DNA of 64,000 nt from assembly GCA_041665845.1 (NCBI GenBank), contig JBAYIC010000001.1, forward strand, positions 9,531-73,530. The letters are read 5' to 3'. The notes under the pieces were generated by a model that worked only from the letters and a program-made list of their open reading frames with translations, ran no database searches and was not told the origin of the DNA. Of this stretch, positions 18,982-28,749 are shown in pieces. The translations under genes and the position numbers were made by a program. Every line of letters starts with the position of its first letter. Positions within the stretch are counted from its first letter, which is position 1. The stretch is from Patescibacteria group bacterium. Its GTDB lineage: Bacteria; Patescibacteriota; Patescibacteriia; Patescibacteriales; UBA12465.

Positions 18982-19686
18982 TTATAAATTTTGAAAATGC
19001 GGAATATCCTTTTCCATCGCTATAGATGGAGGAGTCTGCATGTTAGGTTCGCCAGCTCTAGTTATGGCCGGTGGCGGCTGGACCGCACCCATATCGCGAC
19101 CGATACGATTTGAAGGTAACTTATCTTTAAACATTTTTTCTCGGGAATTAAAACGTCTTTGTAATAATTTCCCGCTCATAGAAAGATTTTCATCATCAGC
19201 CCCGTCTGGCCGAGAAGCAAAACTCAACTTTGCTTCCCCACCATTAGTAGCTCTATCAAAACGACCAATCTTCCCTTTCATCTTTTCATTTCTTTCTTTC
19301 TCAAAACTATTATCACGATCGAGTTGCATTTGTGAACGTCTAATACCAACCGAACCGCTATTCCCTTCGTTATCTTCCTTACGACTTCCTAAGTGCTTTA
19401 AAACCAGCTTAAGGTCCTTTTTATCTTCTTTAGTAAGTTTATTCCCCTCTATCTTTCTAACCGCATTATAAGCGCTTAATTGGCGCAACCTATCAAATTT
19501 ACCGATTCTGATTGCTCCCTGGCTCTTTCTAATAACGTCTATAATCGCTTTCTTATTATCCTGCAAGTTATAAAGAGCGCTACCAGCTACTCTAGCGGCG
19601 CTATTGAATTTTTTAGAAAAATTACCTGCACCTGAGGTTGCCCTAAACCCTCCTCCGGCTCCTGGTAAATCTTTAATATTTCCCAT
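18982..19686 (-). CDS. hypothetical low-complexity basic protein
   Basis: 234-aa ORF tightly packed between the 98-aa ORF and map. No motif recognised. Confidence 0.5.
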   Translation of the reverse strand: MGNIKDLPGAGGGFRATSGAGNFSKKFNSAARVAGSALYNLQDNKKAIIDVIRKSQGAIRIGKFDRLRQLSAYNAVRKIEGNKLTKEDKKDLKLVLKHLGSRKEDNEGNSGSVGIRRSQMQLDRDNSFEKERNEKMKGKIGRFDRATNGGEAKLSFASRPDGADDENLSMSGKLLQRRFNSREKMFKDKLPSNRIGRDMGAVQPPPAITRAGEPNMQTPPSIAMEKDIPHFQNL

Positions 19687-19689
19687 AGG

Positions 19690-19986
19690 CTAATCTTTAA
19701 AACTCGCTAAAAGATCCTTAATTTGATCTAAATCATGATAAGTTAAACCGAGTTTAATGCGATTTTGGTAAAGATGATACATCTCTTCCCTAATTGTATA
19801 ACCCGATGTTTTAATTCCATGAATCGCTTTATTTTTTTCCTTAGCAATTAAATCAAAAATCAAGTCTTGATTGCTTTTATCTAAATTACGATAACGAGGA
19901 TTAGTTCTCATCATCTCTTTAAAGCGCTGCTCAATTCGATAAACTGTTTGATCTTTTAAATCTTTGGTAACATCTTTTAAGTCCAT
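19690..19986 (-). CDS. hypothetical protein
   Basis: 98-aa ORF and the first gene after the secY terminator/promoter. No motif recognised. Confidence 0.5.
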   Translation of the reverse strand: MDLKDVTKDLKDQTVYRIEQRFKEMMRTNPRYRNLDKSNQDLIFDLIAKEKNKAIHGIKTSGYTIREEMYHLYQNRIKLGLTYHDLDQIKDLLASFKD

Positions 19987-20010
19987 AAAATTTAAATTAT
20001 TAATCGCCTT

Positions 20011-20058
20011 CCCCTATTAAATAATAGGGGCTGCGCACTATATCTAGATATTATACCA
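20011..20058 (-). promoter_or_regulatory. extended -10 promoter (TGGTATAAT) plus 5' UTR hairpin for the hypothetical-hypothetical-map unit
   Basis: Minus strand TGGTATAAT at 20058-20050. A 9-bp palindromic hairpin CCCCTATTA/TAATAGGGG lies at 20011-20030, between the promoter and ATG 19986. Confidence 0.45.
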
Positions 20059-20060
20059 TA

Positions 20061-20086
20061 TAAAATGGCGGCCTTAAAGCCGCCAT
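20061..20086 (-). terminator. rho-independent terminator after secY
   Basis: GC-rich stem ATGGCGGC (20065-20072) pairs with GCCGCCAT (20079-20086). On the minus strand it is followed by TTTTAT. Confidence 0.5.
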
Positions 20087-20120
20087 TTTTCTATTTTTCT
20101 ATCAGTCTTTTTAAAATTGA

Positions 20121-21392
20121 TTATAGCCCATCGTAATCTCTCATTGTTAACTGAGATTCTATTTGCTTCACAGTTTCAATAACTACGGAAACGACGATTA
20201 ATAAACTAGTACCGCCAATCGCAAAAGCTTGAACACCGGTGAAATAACGCATGATAAGCGGTAAGACGGCGATTAAACCTAGGAACAAAGCGCCGACTAA
20301 AATAATGCGGTGAGTAGTATCACTTAAATAATCGCTAGTATTTTTACCAGGTCTAATTCCAGGAATAAATCCGCCTTGTTTTTGAAGATTTTCGGCAATT
20401 TGCGTTGGATGGAAAATAACTTCAGTATAAAAATAAGTAAAGGCAAAAACCATCAAGAAATAGACAACACCATAAAAAAGTTGATTATTGAAAAGTGTAA
20501 TTGTCATATTAGCCGCAGAAACAATCCAGGCTGATTTAGCATGAATTAAGAACTGAGCAATCATGGATGGAAATAAAACGACGGAGATGGCAAAAATAAT
20601 TGGGATAACTCCAGCCATATTAACTCTCAAAGGTAAATGAGTACTTGTCCCACCAAAGGTGCGATTACCTCTGATTTGTCTAGCATATTGAACAGGAATA
20701 TTTCTTTGACCTTCATTAATAACAACAACGCCAACGACCGTTATTAAAGTTACAACCACAAAACCGATAAGCGTAAATAACTGTGTTTGATCAAAAGAAA
20801 CAGCAATCTGTTGGACCATCTTTGGTAAAGCGGAAACGATTCCGGCAAAAATAAGTAAAGAAATACCGTTACCAATTTTTTGTTCAGAGATAAGTTCACC
20901 AATCCACATCAGTAAAACTGTACCAGCAGTAATTGTAATCAAGATGGTGGCAAAATCAAAAGCGCTTACTTGACCTAAAATACCAGCTGACGAACGTCGC
21001 AAAAGGGTAATCATACCGTAAGACTGTAAAACACCCAAAGGAACGGTTAACCATCTGGTCCACATATTAATTTTTTGTCTACCGGATTCTTCTTTCTGCA
21101 TCTCTTCAACCTTAGGAACTATCATCCCTAAAAGTTGGAAAATAATCGAAGCGGTAATATAAGGAGCAACGCCCATCATCACAATCGAAAAGGTTTCCAT
21201 ACCGCCCCCAGAAAATAGATTCATGAGCCCTAAAATCTGATTAGACTCAAATAAACTTTTAAGAGCTGCTTGATTTACTCCAGGGATTGGAATATGAGCC
21301 GCTAAACGAAAAACAACCAGCATCCCCAAAACAAATAAAACTTTATTTCGTAAATCTCTAGCTTTCCAAATTTGAATTAATTTATCAAACAT
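20121..21392 (-). CDS. secY: preprotein translocase subunit SecY
   Basis: 423 aa, 10-TM pattern, with RLAAHIPIPG, GVAPYITASII and GGTSLLIVV. Confidence 0.95.
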   Translation of the reverse strand: MFDKLIQIWKARDLRNKVLFVLGMLVVFRLAAHIPIPGVNQAALKSLFESNQILGLMNLFSGGGMETFSIVMMGVAPYITASIIFQLLGMIVPKVEEMQKEESGRQKINMWTRWLTVPLGVLQSYGMITLLRRSSAGILGQVSAFDFATILITITAGTVLLMWIGELISEQKIGNGISLLIFAGIVSALPKMVQQIAVSFDQTQLFTLIGFVVVTLITVVGVVVINEGQRNIPVQYARQIRGNRTFGGTSTHLPLRVNMAGVIPIIFAISVVLFPSMIAQFLIHAKSAWIVSAANMTITLFNNQLFYGVVYFLMVFAFTYFYTEVIFHPTQIAENLQKQGGFIPGIRPGKNTSDYLSDTTHRIILVGALFLGLIAVLPLIMRYFTGVQAFAIGGTSLLIVVSVVIETVKQIESQLTMRDYDGL

Positions 21393-21401
21393 AAAAATTG
21401 A

Positions 21402-21815
21402 TTATTTAGCTTGATCTTTAACACTCTCGCTCATTTTAATACCAGCAAACTTAACTTTAACGGTTAATTTTTCCTTGCCCAAAATTTTAACTGGTAAAAC
21501 AATTGAAGAAATAAGATTCTTAATAGCTAAATTTTCTGGATTAACAATTTCTCCATCCTTAAAGTTACTATTAATCGCTTTGATACTTACTACTTGATTC
21601 TTAGGATTCAAAGATTTAAAACCGCGTGATTTTGGAATTTGTAGAAGTTGCTTCTTCATACCTAAACGCTTCAAGCCAGAAACACCTGAACGAGATTTTT
21701 GACCTTTTTGACCTCTGGTACTATAAGTTCCATGTCCGGAAGCGTTACCGCGACCAACACGCTTAATCTTTTTACTAGAGCCCTTGGCTTGTTTGATAGT
21801 ATTAAGTGATAGCAT
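21402..21815 (-). CDS. rplO: 50S ribosomal protein L15
   Basis: KRVGRGNASGHGTYSTRGQKGQKSRSG. Confidence 0.93.
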   Translation of the reverse strand: MLSLNTIKQAKGSSKKIKRVGRGNASGHGTYSTRGQKGQKSRSGVSGLKRLGMKKQLLQIPKSRGFKSLNPKNQVVSIKAINSNFKDGEIVNPENLAIKNLISSIVLPVKILGKEKLTVKVKFAGIKMSESVKDQAK

Positions 21816-21847
21816 ATGTATGAATTTGAAAAACTAATTTTTTATGT

Positions 21848-22507
21848 TTATTTAACTGATTCTTTTACAATATTATTTTCAGTTTTAACTTCTAAAGTAT
21901 TTTCAGCTTTAACTTCCGGCTTGTTTTCCATCTTACGTAATAAAGATAAAGCTTCGATTGTACAACGAGCATTATTAATCTTATTATTAGAACCTAAAGT
22001 TTTAGTAGTAATATTTTTAACACCAGCTAATTCTAAGATAACACGAGTAACACCGCCAGAAATAACACCACGTCCTTTCTTGGCCGGCTTAAGCATAACT
22101 TTAGCGGCCCCCATTTTATTATATACTTCGTGAGGGATAGTGTCATTTTTCATCGGAACGTTAATCATAATCTTTTTAGCACGATTAACAGCTTTGTTAA
22201 CGGCCATAGTAACATCAGCGCCTTTTCCTAAACCAACGCCAACATTTCCCTTCTTATCGCCAATAGCAACACAAGCGCGAAAATTCATTCTTTTACCTCC
22301 AGCCATAACACGAGTAACGCGAGCAATTTCGAGAATTCTTTGTTCAAATTCATCGCGTTTTTCATCGCGTCTATCGCCTCTTTTTGGACCACGTGCGCCT
22401 CCGCGTTTCTTATCGCCGCCGTAAATATCTTTAGCAACCGTCGCCGCCGCACCAGCACCGACTTCTTGTTTCTTTTCAGTTGTTTTTACTTTTTTATCTT
22501 CAGACAT
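21848..22507 (-). CDS. rpsE: 30S ribosomal protein S5 (N- and C-terminal extensions)
   Basis: RVTRVMAGGKRMNFRACVAIGDKKGNVGVGLGKG ... VILELAGVKNI. Confidence 0.93.
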   Translation of the reverse strand: MSEDKKVKTTEKKQEVGAGAAATVAKDIYGGDKKRGGARGPKRGDRRDEKRDEFEQRILEIARVTRVMAGGKRMNFRACVAIGDKKGNVGVGLGKGADVTMAVNKAVNRAKKIMINVPMKNDTIPHEVYNKMGAAKVMLKPAKKGRGVISGGVTRVILELAGVKNITTKTLGSNNKINNARCTIEALSLLRKMENKPEVKAENTLEVKTENNIVKESVK

Positions 22508-22521
22508 ATTGATTATTCTTA

Positions 22522-22875
22522 TTAGAAATTCAAACCGCCTTCACGGGCGCCTTCAGCGGCAGCTTTAACTCGGCCGTGATATTTATAAGATCCACGGTCA
22601 AAGACAACCGCTTCTATCTTTTTTCCTTTTCCCTTCTCAGCAATCAGTTTACCAAGTTCTTTACTTGCTTCAGTTTTAGTAACCGTTTGTTTTAATTCTT
22701 TTGAAGAAGCGCTAACTAAAGTCTGGCCAGCTTCATCATCTATTAACTGTAAAAACATACCGCGATTAGAGCGGAAAACGCTAAGTCGAGGACAAGTCGC
22801 TGTTCCTGAAATTTTAGAACGAACGCGCGCATGACGACGAATTTGCTTCTGATTTTTTGCCTTATTTTTATCCAT
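22522..22875 (-). CDS. rplR: 50S ribosomal protein L18
   Basis: [18 protein letters not shown] ... [15 protein letters not shown]. Confidence 0.93.
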   Translation of the reverse strand: MDKNKAKNQKQIRRHARVRSKISGTATCPRLSVFRSNRGMFLQLIDDEAGQTLVSASSKELKQTVTKTEASKELGKLIAEKGKGKKIEAVVFDRGSYKYHGRVKAAAEGAREGGLNF

Positions 22876-22900
22876 ATGATTAATATACTTTTAAATCGCG

Positions 22901-23446
22901 TTATTTCCCTTTAGTAGCCGACTTACCTGCCTTACGTCTAATAATTTCATCTGAATATTTAACACCCTTTCCTTTATAAGGTTCTGGCTTTCTTATTTTT
23001 CTAATTTGAGAGGCAATCTCACCCAGCAATTCTTTACTAGCACTCGATAAGGTAATGGTATTTCCTTCAACTACCGCGGTAATTCCTGCTGGTAAAAGAA
23101 ATTCAATCGGATGAGAAAAACCAAGGCTCATATTTAATTTATTACCAGCGACAGCAGCACGATAACCAACACCATTGATTTCTAATTTTTTTGAGAAACC
23201 AACGCTTACGCCAAGAACAGCATTTCTAGTTAAGCTCCAAACCAAACCCCACATGGCGCTAGCATTTTTAGCCGCCCTATCATAAGGGGCAATAATAATT
23301 TGTCCATTTTCAACTTTAACTTCAATAATCGAGTTAACTAAAACTTTTAATTCTCCTTTTGGACCCTTAACGGTAACGAAATTATCGCTATAAGTAGCGC
23401 TCACTCCGGCCGGAAGTATAATTGGTAATTTTCCTAAACGTGACAT
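22901..23446 (-). CDS. rplF: 50S ribosomal protein L6
   Basis: MSRLGKLPI ... VTVKGPKGEL ... EPYKGKGVKY. Confidence 0.93.
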   Translation of the reverse strand: MSRLGKLPIILPAGVSATYSDNFVTVKGPKGELKVLVNSIIEVKVENGQIIIAPYDRAAKNASAMWGLVWSLTRNAVLGVSVGFSKKLEINGVGYRAAVAGNKLNMSLGFSHPIEFLLPAGITAVVEGNTITLSSASKELLGEIASQIRKIRKPEPYKGKGVKYSDEIIRRKAGKSATKGK

Positions 23447-23468
23447 ATAGAATTATGGTTATTGATTA

Positions 23469-23879
23469 TTAAAATATTTCTCCAACTACTTCACCGCCAA
23501 CTTGCTGTTTTTTTGCTTCACGACCAGTCATAATACCAGATGAAGTAGAAATAATAGCAATTCCGTAATTATTTAAAACGGTTGGTATTTCATCTTTAGA
23601 AACATAAACTCTTAAACCAGGCTTACTAATTCTTTTAATAGAATTTATTTGCGGTTTACCATTCTTACGATATTTTAATTGAATTAAAAGTTCGTCAAAA
23701 TTATTACGTTTACCTTCCAGTCCGCCCGGAACGATTTCCGCTTTTTTTATCCAGCCTTCTTTTTCAAGAATTTTGGCAACTTCATATTTCAACTTGCTCA
23801 TAGGTAAAATCAGTTCCGTTTTTTTAACAGCGGAAGCGTTCCTGATTCTTGTGAACATGTCTGCGATGGGATCCATCAT
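23469..23879 (-). CDS. rpsH: 30S ribosomal protein S8
   Basis: DPIADMFTRIRNA ... GIAIISTSSGIMT. Confidence 0.93.
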   Translation of the reverse strand: MMDPIADMFTRIRNASAVKKTELILPMSKLKYEVAKILEKEGWIKKAEIVPGGLEGKRNNFDELLIQLKYRKNGKPQINSIKRISKPGLRVYVSKDEIPTVLNNYGIAIISTSSGIMTGREAKKQQVGGEVVGEIF

Positions 23880-23907
23880 ATTTTTAGATTAAACTTAAAT
23901 TTCTAAA

Positions 23908-24093
23908 TTACCAGCTAGATTTCCTGATACCCGGCAAATCGCCATTATCGGCTAATTCGCGGAAACAGATACGGCATAATTTAAAATCTCGCATAAATCC
24001 GTGGTTGCGGCCACAGCGCCAACAACGACGAATGATACGGGTGGAAAATTTTGGTTTTCTTTTTGCTTTAACGATTAATGCAGTTCTTGCCAT
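23908..24093 (-). CDS. rpsN: 30S ribosomal protein S14 type Z (zinc form)
   Basis: 61 aa with CWRCGRNHG ... CRICFRE. Confidence 0.93.
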   Translation of the reverse strand: MARTALIVKAKRKPKFSTRIIRRCWRCGRNHGFMRDFKLCRICFRELADNGDLPGIRKSSW

Positions 24094-24104
24094 ATTTATT
24101 TGAA

Positions 24105-24650
24105 TTATTTGCTGTCTTTTTTAAAGGGAAACCCAAGGAGCTGAAAAAGCGCTAGCCCTTCTTCTTTATTCTTTGCGGTGGTCGACATACAAACTTCCAA
24201 ACCGAAAGTTTTATCGATATCTTCTACTCTGATTTCTGGAAAAGCGACATGTTCTTTAAACCCAATAGTCATATTACCCTTATTATCAAGGCCCTTATTA
24301 TCAATACCACGGAAATCACGAACTCGAGGAAAAGTTATTCCAACCAATTTTTCAATAAAGTCATACATTCTTGGACCTCTTAAAGTAACTTTAGCACCAA
24401 TAGTCATCCCTTCTCTGATTTTAAAAGCAGAAACAGATTGTTTAGCTAAGGTGAAAACTGCTTTTTGACCGGTAATCATTGTTAAGCCTTTAGAAACACT
24501 TTCTAAATATTCCTTTTCCTTGGCATGAGCACCAAAGCCGACGTTAAGAACAACCTTGGATAAACGAGGAACAAGCATGGCATTTTTAAAGCCAAACTGC
24601 TCTTGCATTTTTTTAACAATCTCCTTTTGATATTTTTCTTTAAGTCTCAT
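24105..24650 (-). CDS. rplE: 50S ribosomal protein L5
   Basis: [11 protein letters not shown] ... FPRVRDFRG ... FPEI. Confidence 0.93.
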   Translation of the reverse strand: MRLKEKYQKEIVKKMQEQFGFKNAMLVPRLSKVVLNVGFGAHAKEKEYLESVSKGLTMITGQKAVFTLAKQSVSAFKIREGMTIGAKVTLRGPRMYDFIEKLVGITFPRVRDFRGIDNKGLDNKGNMTIGFKEHVAFPEIRVEDIDKTFGLEVCMSTTAKNKEEGLALFQLLGFPFKKDSK

Positions 24651-24660
24651 AATTTTGATA

Positions 24661-24984
24661 TTACTCGATTATTTCCTGGCATTTTTTACAAGCCCTGAAC
24701 TTTTTGTCTTTTTTACCCTCAGTTTTAATTACTGTGTGAGAAACGCGAGTTGCGCGACCACACTTTGGGCAAACTAAAGCGACGTTAGAAACCTGGATAA
24801 AAGCTGGGAATTCAATTCTTTGACCTTTTTCTCCCTGTTTTTGTGGACGTAAATGTTTAATAAGCAGATTCAAACCTTCAATACTAATCTTACCTTCAGC
24901 AGGCAAAACTTGTAGGACTTTACCGATTTTATCCTTGTCCTTACCGCTTAATATTTTTACTTTGTCGTTCTTTTTGATATTCAT
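24661..24984 (-). CDS. rplX: 50S ribosomal protein L24 with C-terminal CxxC...CxxC
   Basis: KKNDKVKILSGKDKDKIGKVLQV KOW motif, then CPKCGRATRV ... CKKCQE. Confidence 0.9.
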   Translation of the reverse strand: MNIKKNDKVKILSGKDKDKIGKVLQVLPAEGKISIEGLNLLIKHLRPQKQGEKGQRIEFPAFIQVSNVALVCPKCGRATRVSHTVIKTEGKKDKKFRACKKCQEIIE

Positions 24985-25012
24985 ATATTTCTCTAACTGT
25001 CTCTTGTAATTT

Positions 25013-25387
25013 TTATAAAACTTCGGGAGCTAAGGAAGCAATTTTTACGAAACCAGCCCGTCTTACTTCTCTAGCAACCGGACCAAAGATACGAGTACCT
25101 TTAGGGTCCTTCTTAACAAGATCAGTAATTATCACACAAGCATTATCATCAAAGCGTAAGTAAGAGCCATCAGTGCGTCTAATCTCCTTAGCCGTTCTGA
25201 CAACAACCGCCTTAACAACATCACTTCTCTTAACAGCGGCGTGAGGGGTTGCGCTCTTAACGGCGGCAATTATAATATCACCAACGTGGGCATAACGTCT
25301 TCTGGTTCCACCTAAAACTCTAATGCACATAACTTCCTTGGCACCGGAATTATCAGCGACTTTTAAATAAGTTTGTACTTGTATCAT
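25013..25387 (-). CDS. rplN: 50S ribosomal protein L14
   Basis: [27 protein letters not shown]. Confidence 0.95.
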   Translation of the reverse strand: MIQVQTYLKVADNSGAKEVMCIRVLGGTRRRYAHVGDIIIAAVKSATPHAAVKRSDVVKAVVVRTAKEIRRTDGSYLRFDDNACVIITDLVKKDPKGTRIFGPVAREVRRAGFVKIASLAPEVL

Positions 25388-25427
25388 ATTTTTCTGCTTG
25401 TAATTTATTTATATCAGCGAAAGTCAA

Positions 25428-25694
25428 TTAATCAATAATCCGCCATCTCTTATCACGGCTTAAAGGGCGACATTCAACGAAAGAAACCTTATCACCAGTT
25501 TTATATTTATTATTTTCATCATGAACTTTATACTTACGGCTAACAGTATATCTTTTTCTATATTTAGGATGAACTTTAATAGTTTCAACTTTAACTAAAA
25601 TAGTTTTAGCGCTTTTATCACTAACAACTACTCCAGTGAACTTCCGACGAATAACCGCCGGCTTGATTGTTTTGTTTTCTTCTTGGGCGGCCAT
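25428..25694 (-). CDS. rpsQ: 30S ribosomal protein S17
   Basis: GVVVSDKSAKTILVKVET ... HPKYRK ... VHDENN ... GDKV. Confidence 0.92.
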   Translation of the reverse strand: MAAQEENKTIKPAVIRRKFTGVVVSDKSAKTILVKVETIKVHPKYRKRYTVSRKYKVHDENNKYKTGDKVSFVECRPLSRDKRWRIID

Positions 25695-25695
25695 A

Positions 25696-25881
25696 TTATT
25701 TTTGCTTATTTGTTATCGTTAAAATCTGGGCGATAAGTTGTCTAACAACTCTTATTTCCCTGATATTTTTTAATTGTTTATTTGAATCTTTAAAGCGTAA
25801 GTCACGTAATTTCTCTTTATTTACGGCTAGTAAATTCTTGAGTTCATCCGCGCTCTTAGCCATTAATTCTTTTTTATCCAT
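25696..25881 (-). CDS. rpmC: 50S ribosomal protein L29
   Basis: 61 aa with ELKNLL ... LRDLRFK ... IREIRV; positioned between rplP and rpsQ. Confidence 0.88.
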   Translation of the reverse strand: MDKKELMAKSADELKNLLAVNKEKLRDLRFKDSNKQLKNIREIRVVRQLIAQILTITNKQK

Positions 25882-25898
25882 ATTTTTTAACTGTTTAT

Positions 25899-26306
25899 TT
25901 ATTCCTTACTGATGAATTGACATTTAATCGGCAATTTATGAGCCGCCGATTCCATCGCTTTTTTAGCCGTTTCTTTATCAATACCTTCCATTTCAAACAT
26001 GACCATTCCCGGCTTAACAATTGCGACATAATAATCAACCGCACCCTTACCTTTACCCATCGGAATTTCTCCACCATGAGCGGTAACCGGTTTATCAGGG
26101 AAAATTCTAATCCAGATTTTTCCAGTCTTCTTAACATATTTAGTCATAACCCTTCGAGCCGCTTCAATTTGACGAGCGGTCACCCAGCAAGGAGTTAAAC
26201 TTTTAAGACCATAACTTCCGAAACTAATATTCAAAGTACGGGTTGCTTTCCCGCCTCGACGCCGTTTCTGATCTTTTCTCCATTTAGTTTTCTTTGGCAT
26301 TAACAT
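25899..26306 (-). CDS. rplP: 50S ribosomal protein L16
   Basis: MLMPKKTKWRK ... ARQIEAARRVMT ... KGAVDYYVA. Confidence 0.95.
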   Translation of the reverse strand: MLMPKKTKWRKDQKRRRGGKATRTLNISFGSYGLKSLTPCWVTARQIEAARRVMTKYVKKTGKIWIRIFPDKPVTAHGGEIPMGKGKGAVDYYVAIVKPGMVMFEMEGIDKETAKKAMESAAHKLPIKCQFISKE

Positions 26307-26337
26307 ATTTTTGTAAACTCAAAACTCAAAAAATTTA

Positions 26338-27018
26338 TTAACTTTCAATCACTTCTCCGGCGGTTGATTTCTCTTTTTCAAAAACTTCGCCTTTATAAAT
26401 CCAAACTTTTATACCAATTGCTCCATAAGTAGTATGAGCAACGCCGCGAGCGTAATCTATATCTGCTCTTAAAGTTTGCAATGGAACTTTACCCCAAACT
26501 AACTTTTCAGTTCGAGCAATTTCTGCTCCGTTTAAACGTCCAGCAACAACTGTTTTAGCTCCAAGTGCACCGGCTCTTTCAACTTTCGCAATAGTTTGCT
26601 TCATTACTTTTCGAAAAGGTAATCTTTTTTCAATATCTAAAATCATGCTTTGAACAATTATCTGGGCACTCAAATTTGGACGACTAACTTCTTTAATATT
26701 TAAATTAATCTCTTGCATGCGGAAATTCTTTAAATACTTATCATGCAATTTCTTTTTCAAATCTTCAGCGCCATTACCACCGCGACCAATAATTAAACCT
26801 GGTTTAGCAGTGAAAATAGTAATTTCAATCTTGTTAATTCCACGACCAATTTCAACCTTATCAACACCGGCTTCTTTGAACTCTTTAATCAAGTATTTGC
26901 GGATGACAATATCCTGTTTAATATTCTTGATGTATTGTTCACCTTTTTCAAACCAAGTAGAAGGCCAGGTTTTGATGATACCCATGCGTAGAATTTTCGG
27001 ATTAACTTTTTTACCCAT
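26338..27018 (-). CDS. rpsC: 30S ribosomal protein S3
   Basis: MGKKVNPKILRMG ... KPGLIIGRGG ... GRLNGAEIAR. Confidence 0.95.
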   Translation of the reverse strand: MGKKVNPKILRMGIIKTWPSTWFEKGEQYIKNIKQDIVIRKYLIKEFKEAGVDKVEIGRGINKIEITIFTAKPGLIIGRGGNGAEDLKKKLHDKYLKNFRMQEINLNIKEVSRPNLSAQIIVQSMILDIEKRLPFRKVMKQTIAKVERAGALGAKTVVAGRLNGAEIARTEKLVWGKVPLQTLRADIDYARGVAHTTYGAIGIKVWIYKGEVFEKEKSTAGEVIES

Positions 27019-27044
27019 ATATATTGCTATTACTTTTTATTATA

Positions 27045-27551
27045 TTAACCAGCTTTTCTTCTAAACATTTTTGCTTTCTCCGGAGCCGCTGCTTTCTTAG
27101 TCTTATCTTTTTCCATTTTTCCAGCAACTTTAGCCGCCTTCTCACCTTCTTTAACTAATTTTTCTAGTTTTACCGGTTCTTCTGTTTTAACAACTTTCTT
27201 TTCTTTTTTACCGCTATCTTTAATTTCAGCCAAAATTACGTTAATATGACAACCTCTCTTGCGAATTGCACTAGCGCGACCATGAGCTCTAGGCATCCAA
27301 CGTTTTAAAGTAACACCTTCATCAGCCTTAATTTCTCTGATTAACAAATTAGTTTTATCTAAATCGTAAGTATTAACAGCATTAGCAATCGCCGATTTGA
27401 TAAGTTTTCTAACCGGGATAGCCGCCTTCTTATTGATAAACTTCAATTGATCAAGAGCAGCTTCAACTGGCATTTTTCGGACAACATCAATCACCAGGCG
27501 AACTTTCTGGGCTGACATTCTCAAATGTTTTAAACTGGCTTTTACTTCCAT
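27045..27551 (-). CDS. rplV: 50S ribosomal protein L22 (Lys-rich C-terminal extension)
   Basis: LRMSAQKVRLVIDVVR ... RWMPRAHGRASAIRKRGCHI. Confidence 0.93.
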   Translation of the reverse strand: MEVKASLKHLRMSAQKVRLVIDVVRKMPVEAALDQLKFINKKAAIPVRKLIKSAIANAVNTYDLDKTNLLIREIKADEGVTLKRWMPRAHGRASAIRKRGCHINVILAEIKDSGKKEKKVVKTEEPVKLEKLVKEGEKAAKVAGKMEKDKTKKAAAPEKAKMFRRKAG

Positions 27552-27563
27552 ATAAATTTTCGA

Positions 27564-27851
27564 TTATTTTTTAGCGGCCGCTTGCGTCTTAGCCATCTTT
27601 CCTCCATGACCAGGGAATTTTCTAGTTTGAGAAAATTCACCTAAACGATGGCCAACCATATTTTCAACAATATAAACCGGAATATGTGTTTTACCGTTAT
27701 GAACTCCAAGCGTAAATCCAACCATTTCTGGAGTAATCGTACAGGCTCGATCCCAAACCTTAATTACAGTTTTATCTTCAGCCTTAAGATTCTTGATTTT
27801 GTTTATCAGTCTGAGATTAACGTATGGACCCTTTTTTAGACTTCTGGACAT
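27564..27851 (-). CDS. rpsS: 30S ribosomal protein S19
   Basis: [11 protein letters not shown] ... [12 protein letters not shown] ... MVGHRLGEF. Confidence 0.95.
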   Translation of the reverse strand: MSRSLKKGPYVNLRLINKIKNLKAEDKTVIKVWDRACTITPEMVGFTLGVHNGKTHIPVYIVENMVGHRLGEFSQTRKFPGHGGKMAKTQAAAKK

Positions 27852-27873
27852 AATTATTTAAAATTAATTCTTC

Positions 27874-28710
27874 TTATTTGCGTTTAGCTCTTCTTTTAAC
27901 AATTAAACGATCGCTGCGGCCTTTCTTTCTGGTCTTAACTCCAAGAGCTGGTTTACCCCACATAGTCTTCGGATGTTTCAAACCAATAGATTGTTTACCT
28001 TCACCACCACCATGAGGATGATCAACTGGATTCATAGCGGTACCGCGAACGGTTGGTCTAATACCTAGATGGCGACTACGTCCCGCCTTACCTAATGAAA
28101 TATGACGCTTATCTGGGTTACTAGCTTGGCCAACGGTGCAAAGACATTCTTTCTTCACTAATCTGATTTCACCTGATGGCATTTTAATTTGAGCATACTT
28201 ACCTTCAACGCCCATGACGTAAACAACATTACCGGCTCCACGAGCAATCTGAGCGCCTTTTCCTGGTTCAAGTTCAACTGAACTAACTGGCATACCGGCC
28301 GGAATAAAGGATAAAGGTAAAGCATTCCCGTTTTTTATTTCGATTAAACCTTTAGAACTCATTAATTTATCACCAACACCAACGTTAATCGGAGCAGTAA
28401 TATATCTTTTTTCACCATCAGCGTAATGTAATAAAGCAAGTCTTGCGCCACGATTAGGATCATATTCAATCGCCGCGACTGTTGCTTCAACATCAAATTT
28501 ATCACGTTTAAAATCAACCAGACGAACATAACGCTTAGCGCCGCCACCACGATGTCTAACAGTAATCTTACCGGTAGAATTGCGACCGCCTCTTTGCTTT
28601 TTGATAACAATCAATCTTTTTTCCGGAGTAGACTTGGTTATATCTTTAAAATCATCAAAAGTCGCTTCACGGCGTCCAGGAGTATTTGCTTTTACTTTTT
28701 TAATTCCCAT
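27874..28710 (-). CDS. rplB: 50S ribosomal protein L2
   Basis: RHRGGGAKR ... [11 protein letters not shown] ... [13 protein letters not shown]. Confidence 0.96.
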   Translation of the reverse strand: MGIKKVKANTPGRREATFDDFKDITKSTPEKRLIVIKKQRGGRNSTGKITVRHRGGGAKRYVRLVDFKRDKFDVEATVAAIEYDPNRGARLALLHYADGEKRYITAPINVGVGDKLMSSKGLIEIKNGNALPLSFIPAGMPVSSVELEPGKGAQIARGAGNVVYVMGVEGKYAQIKMPSGEIRLVKKECLCTVGQASNPDKRHISLGKAGRSRHLGIRPTVRGTAMNPVDHPHGGGEGKQSIGLKHPKTMWGKPALGVKTRKKGRSDRLIVKRRAKRK

Positions 28711-28749
28711 ATTGATTCAAAAAAATCTATTTATAAATGCTTTAGTATC

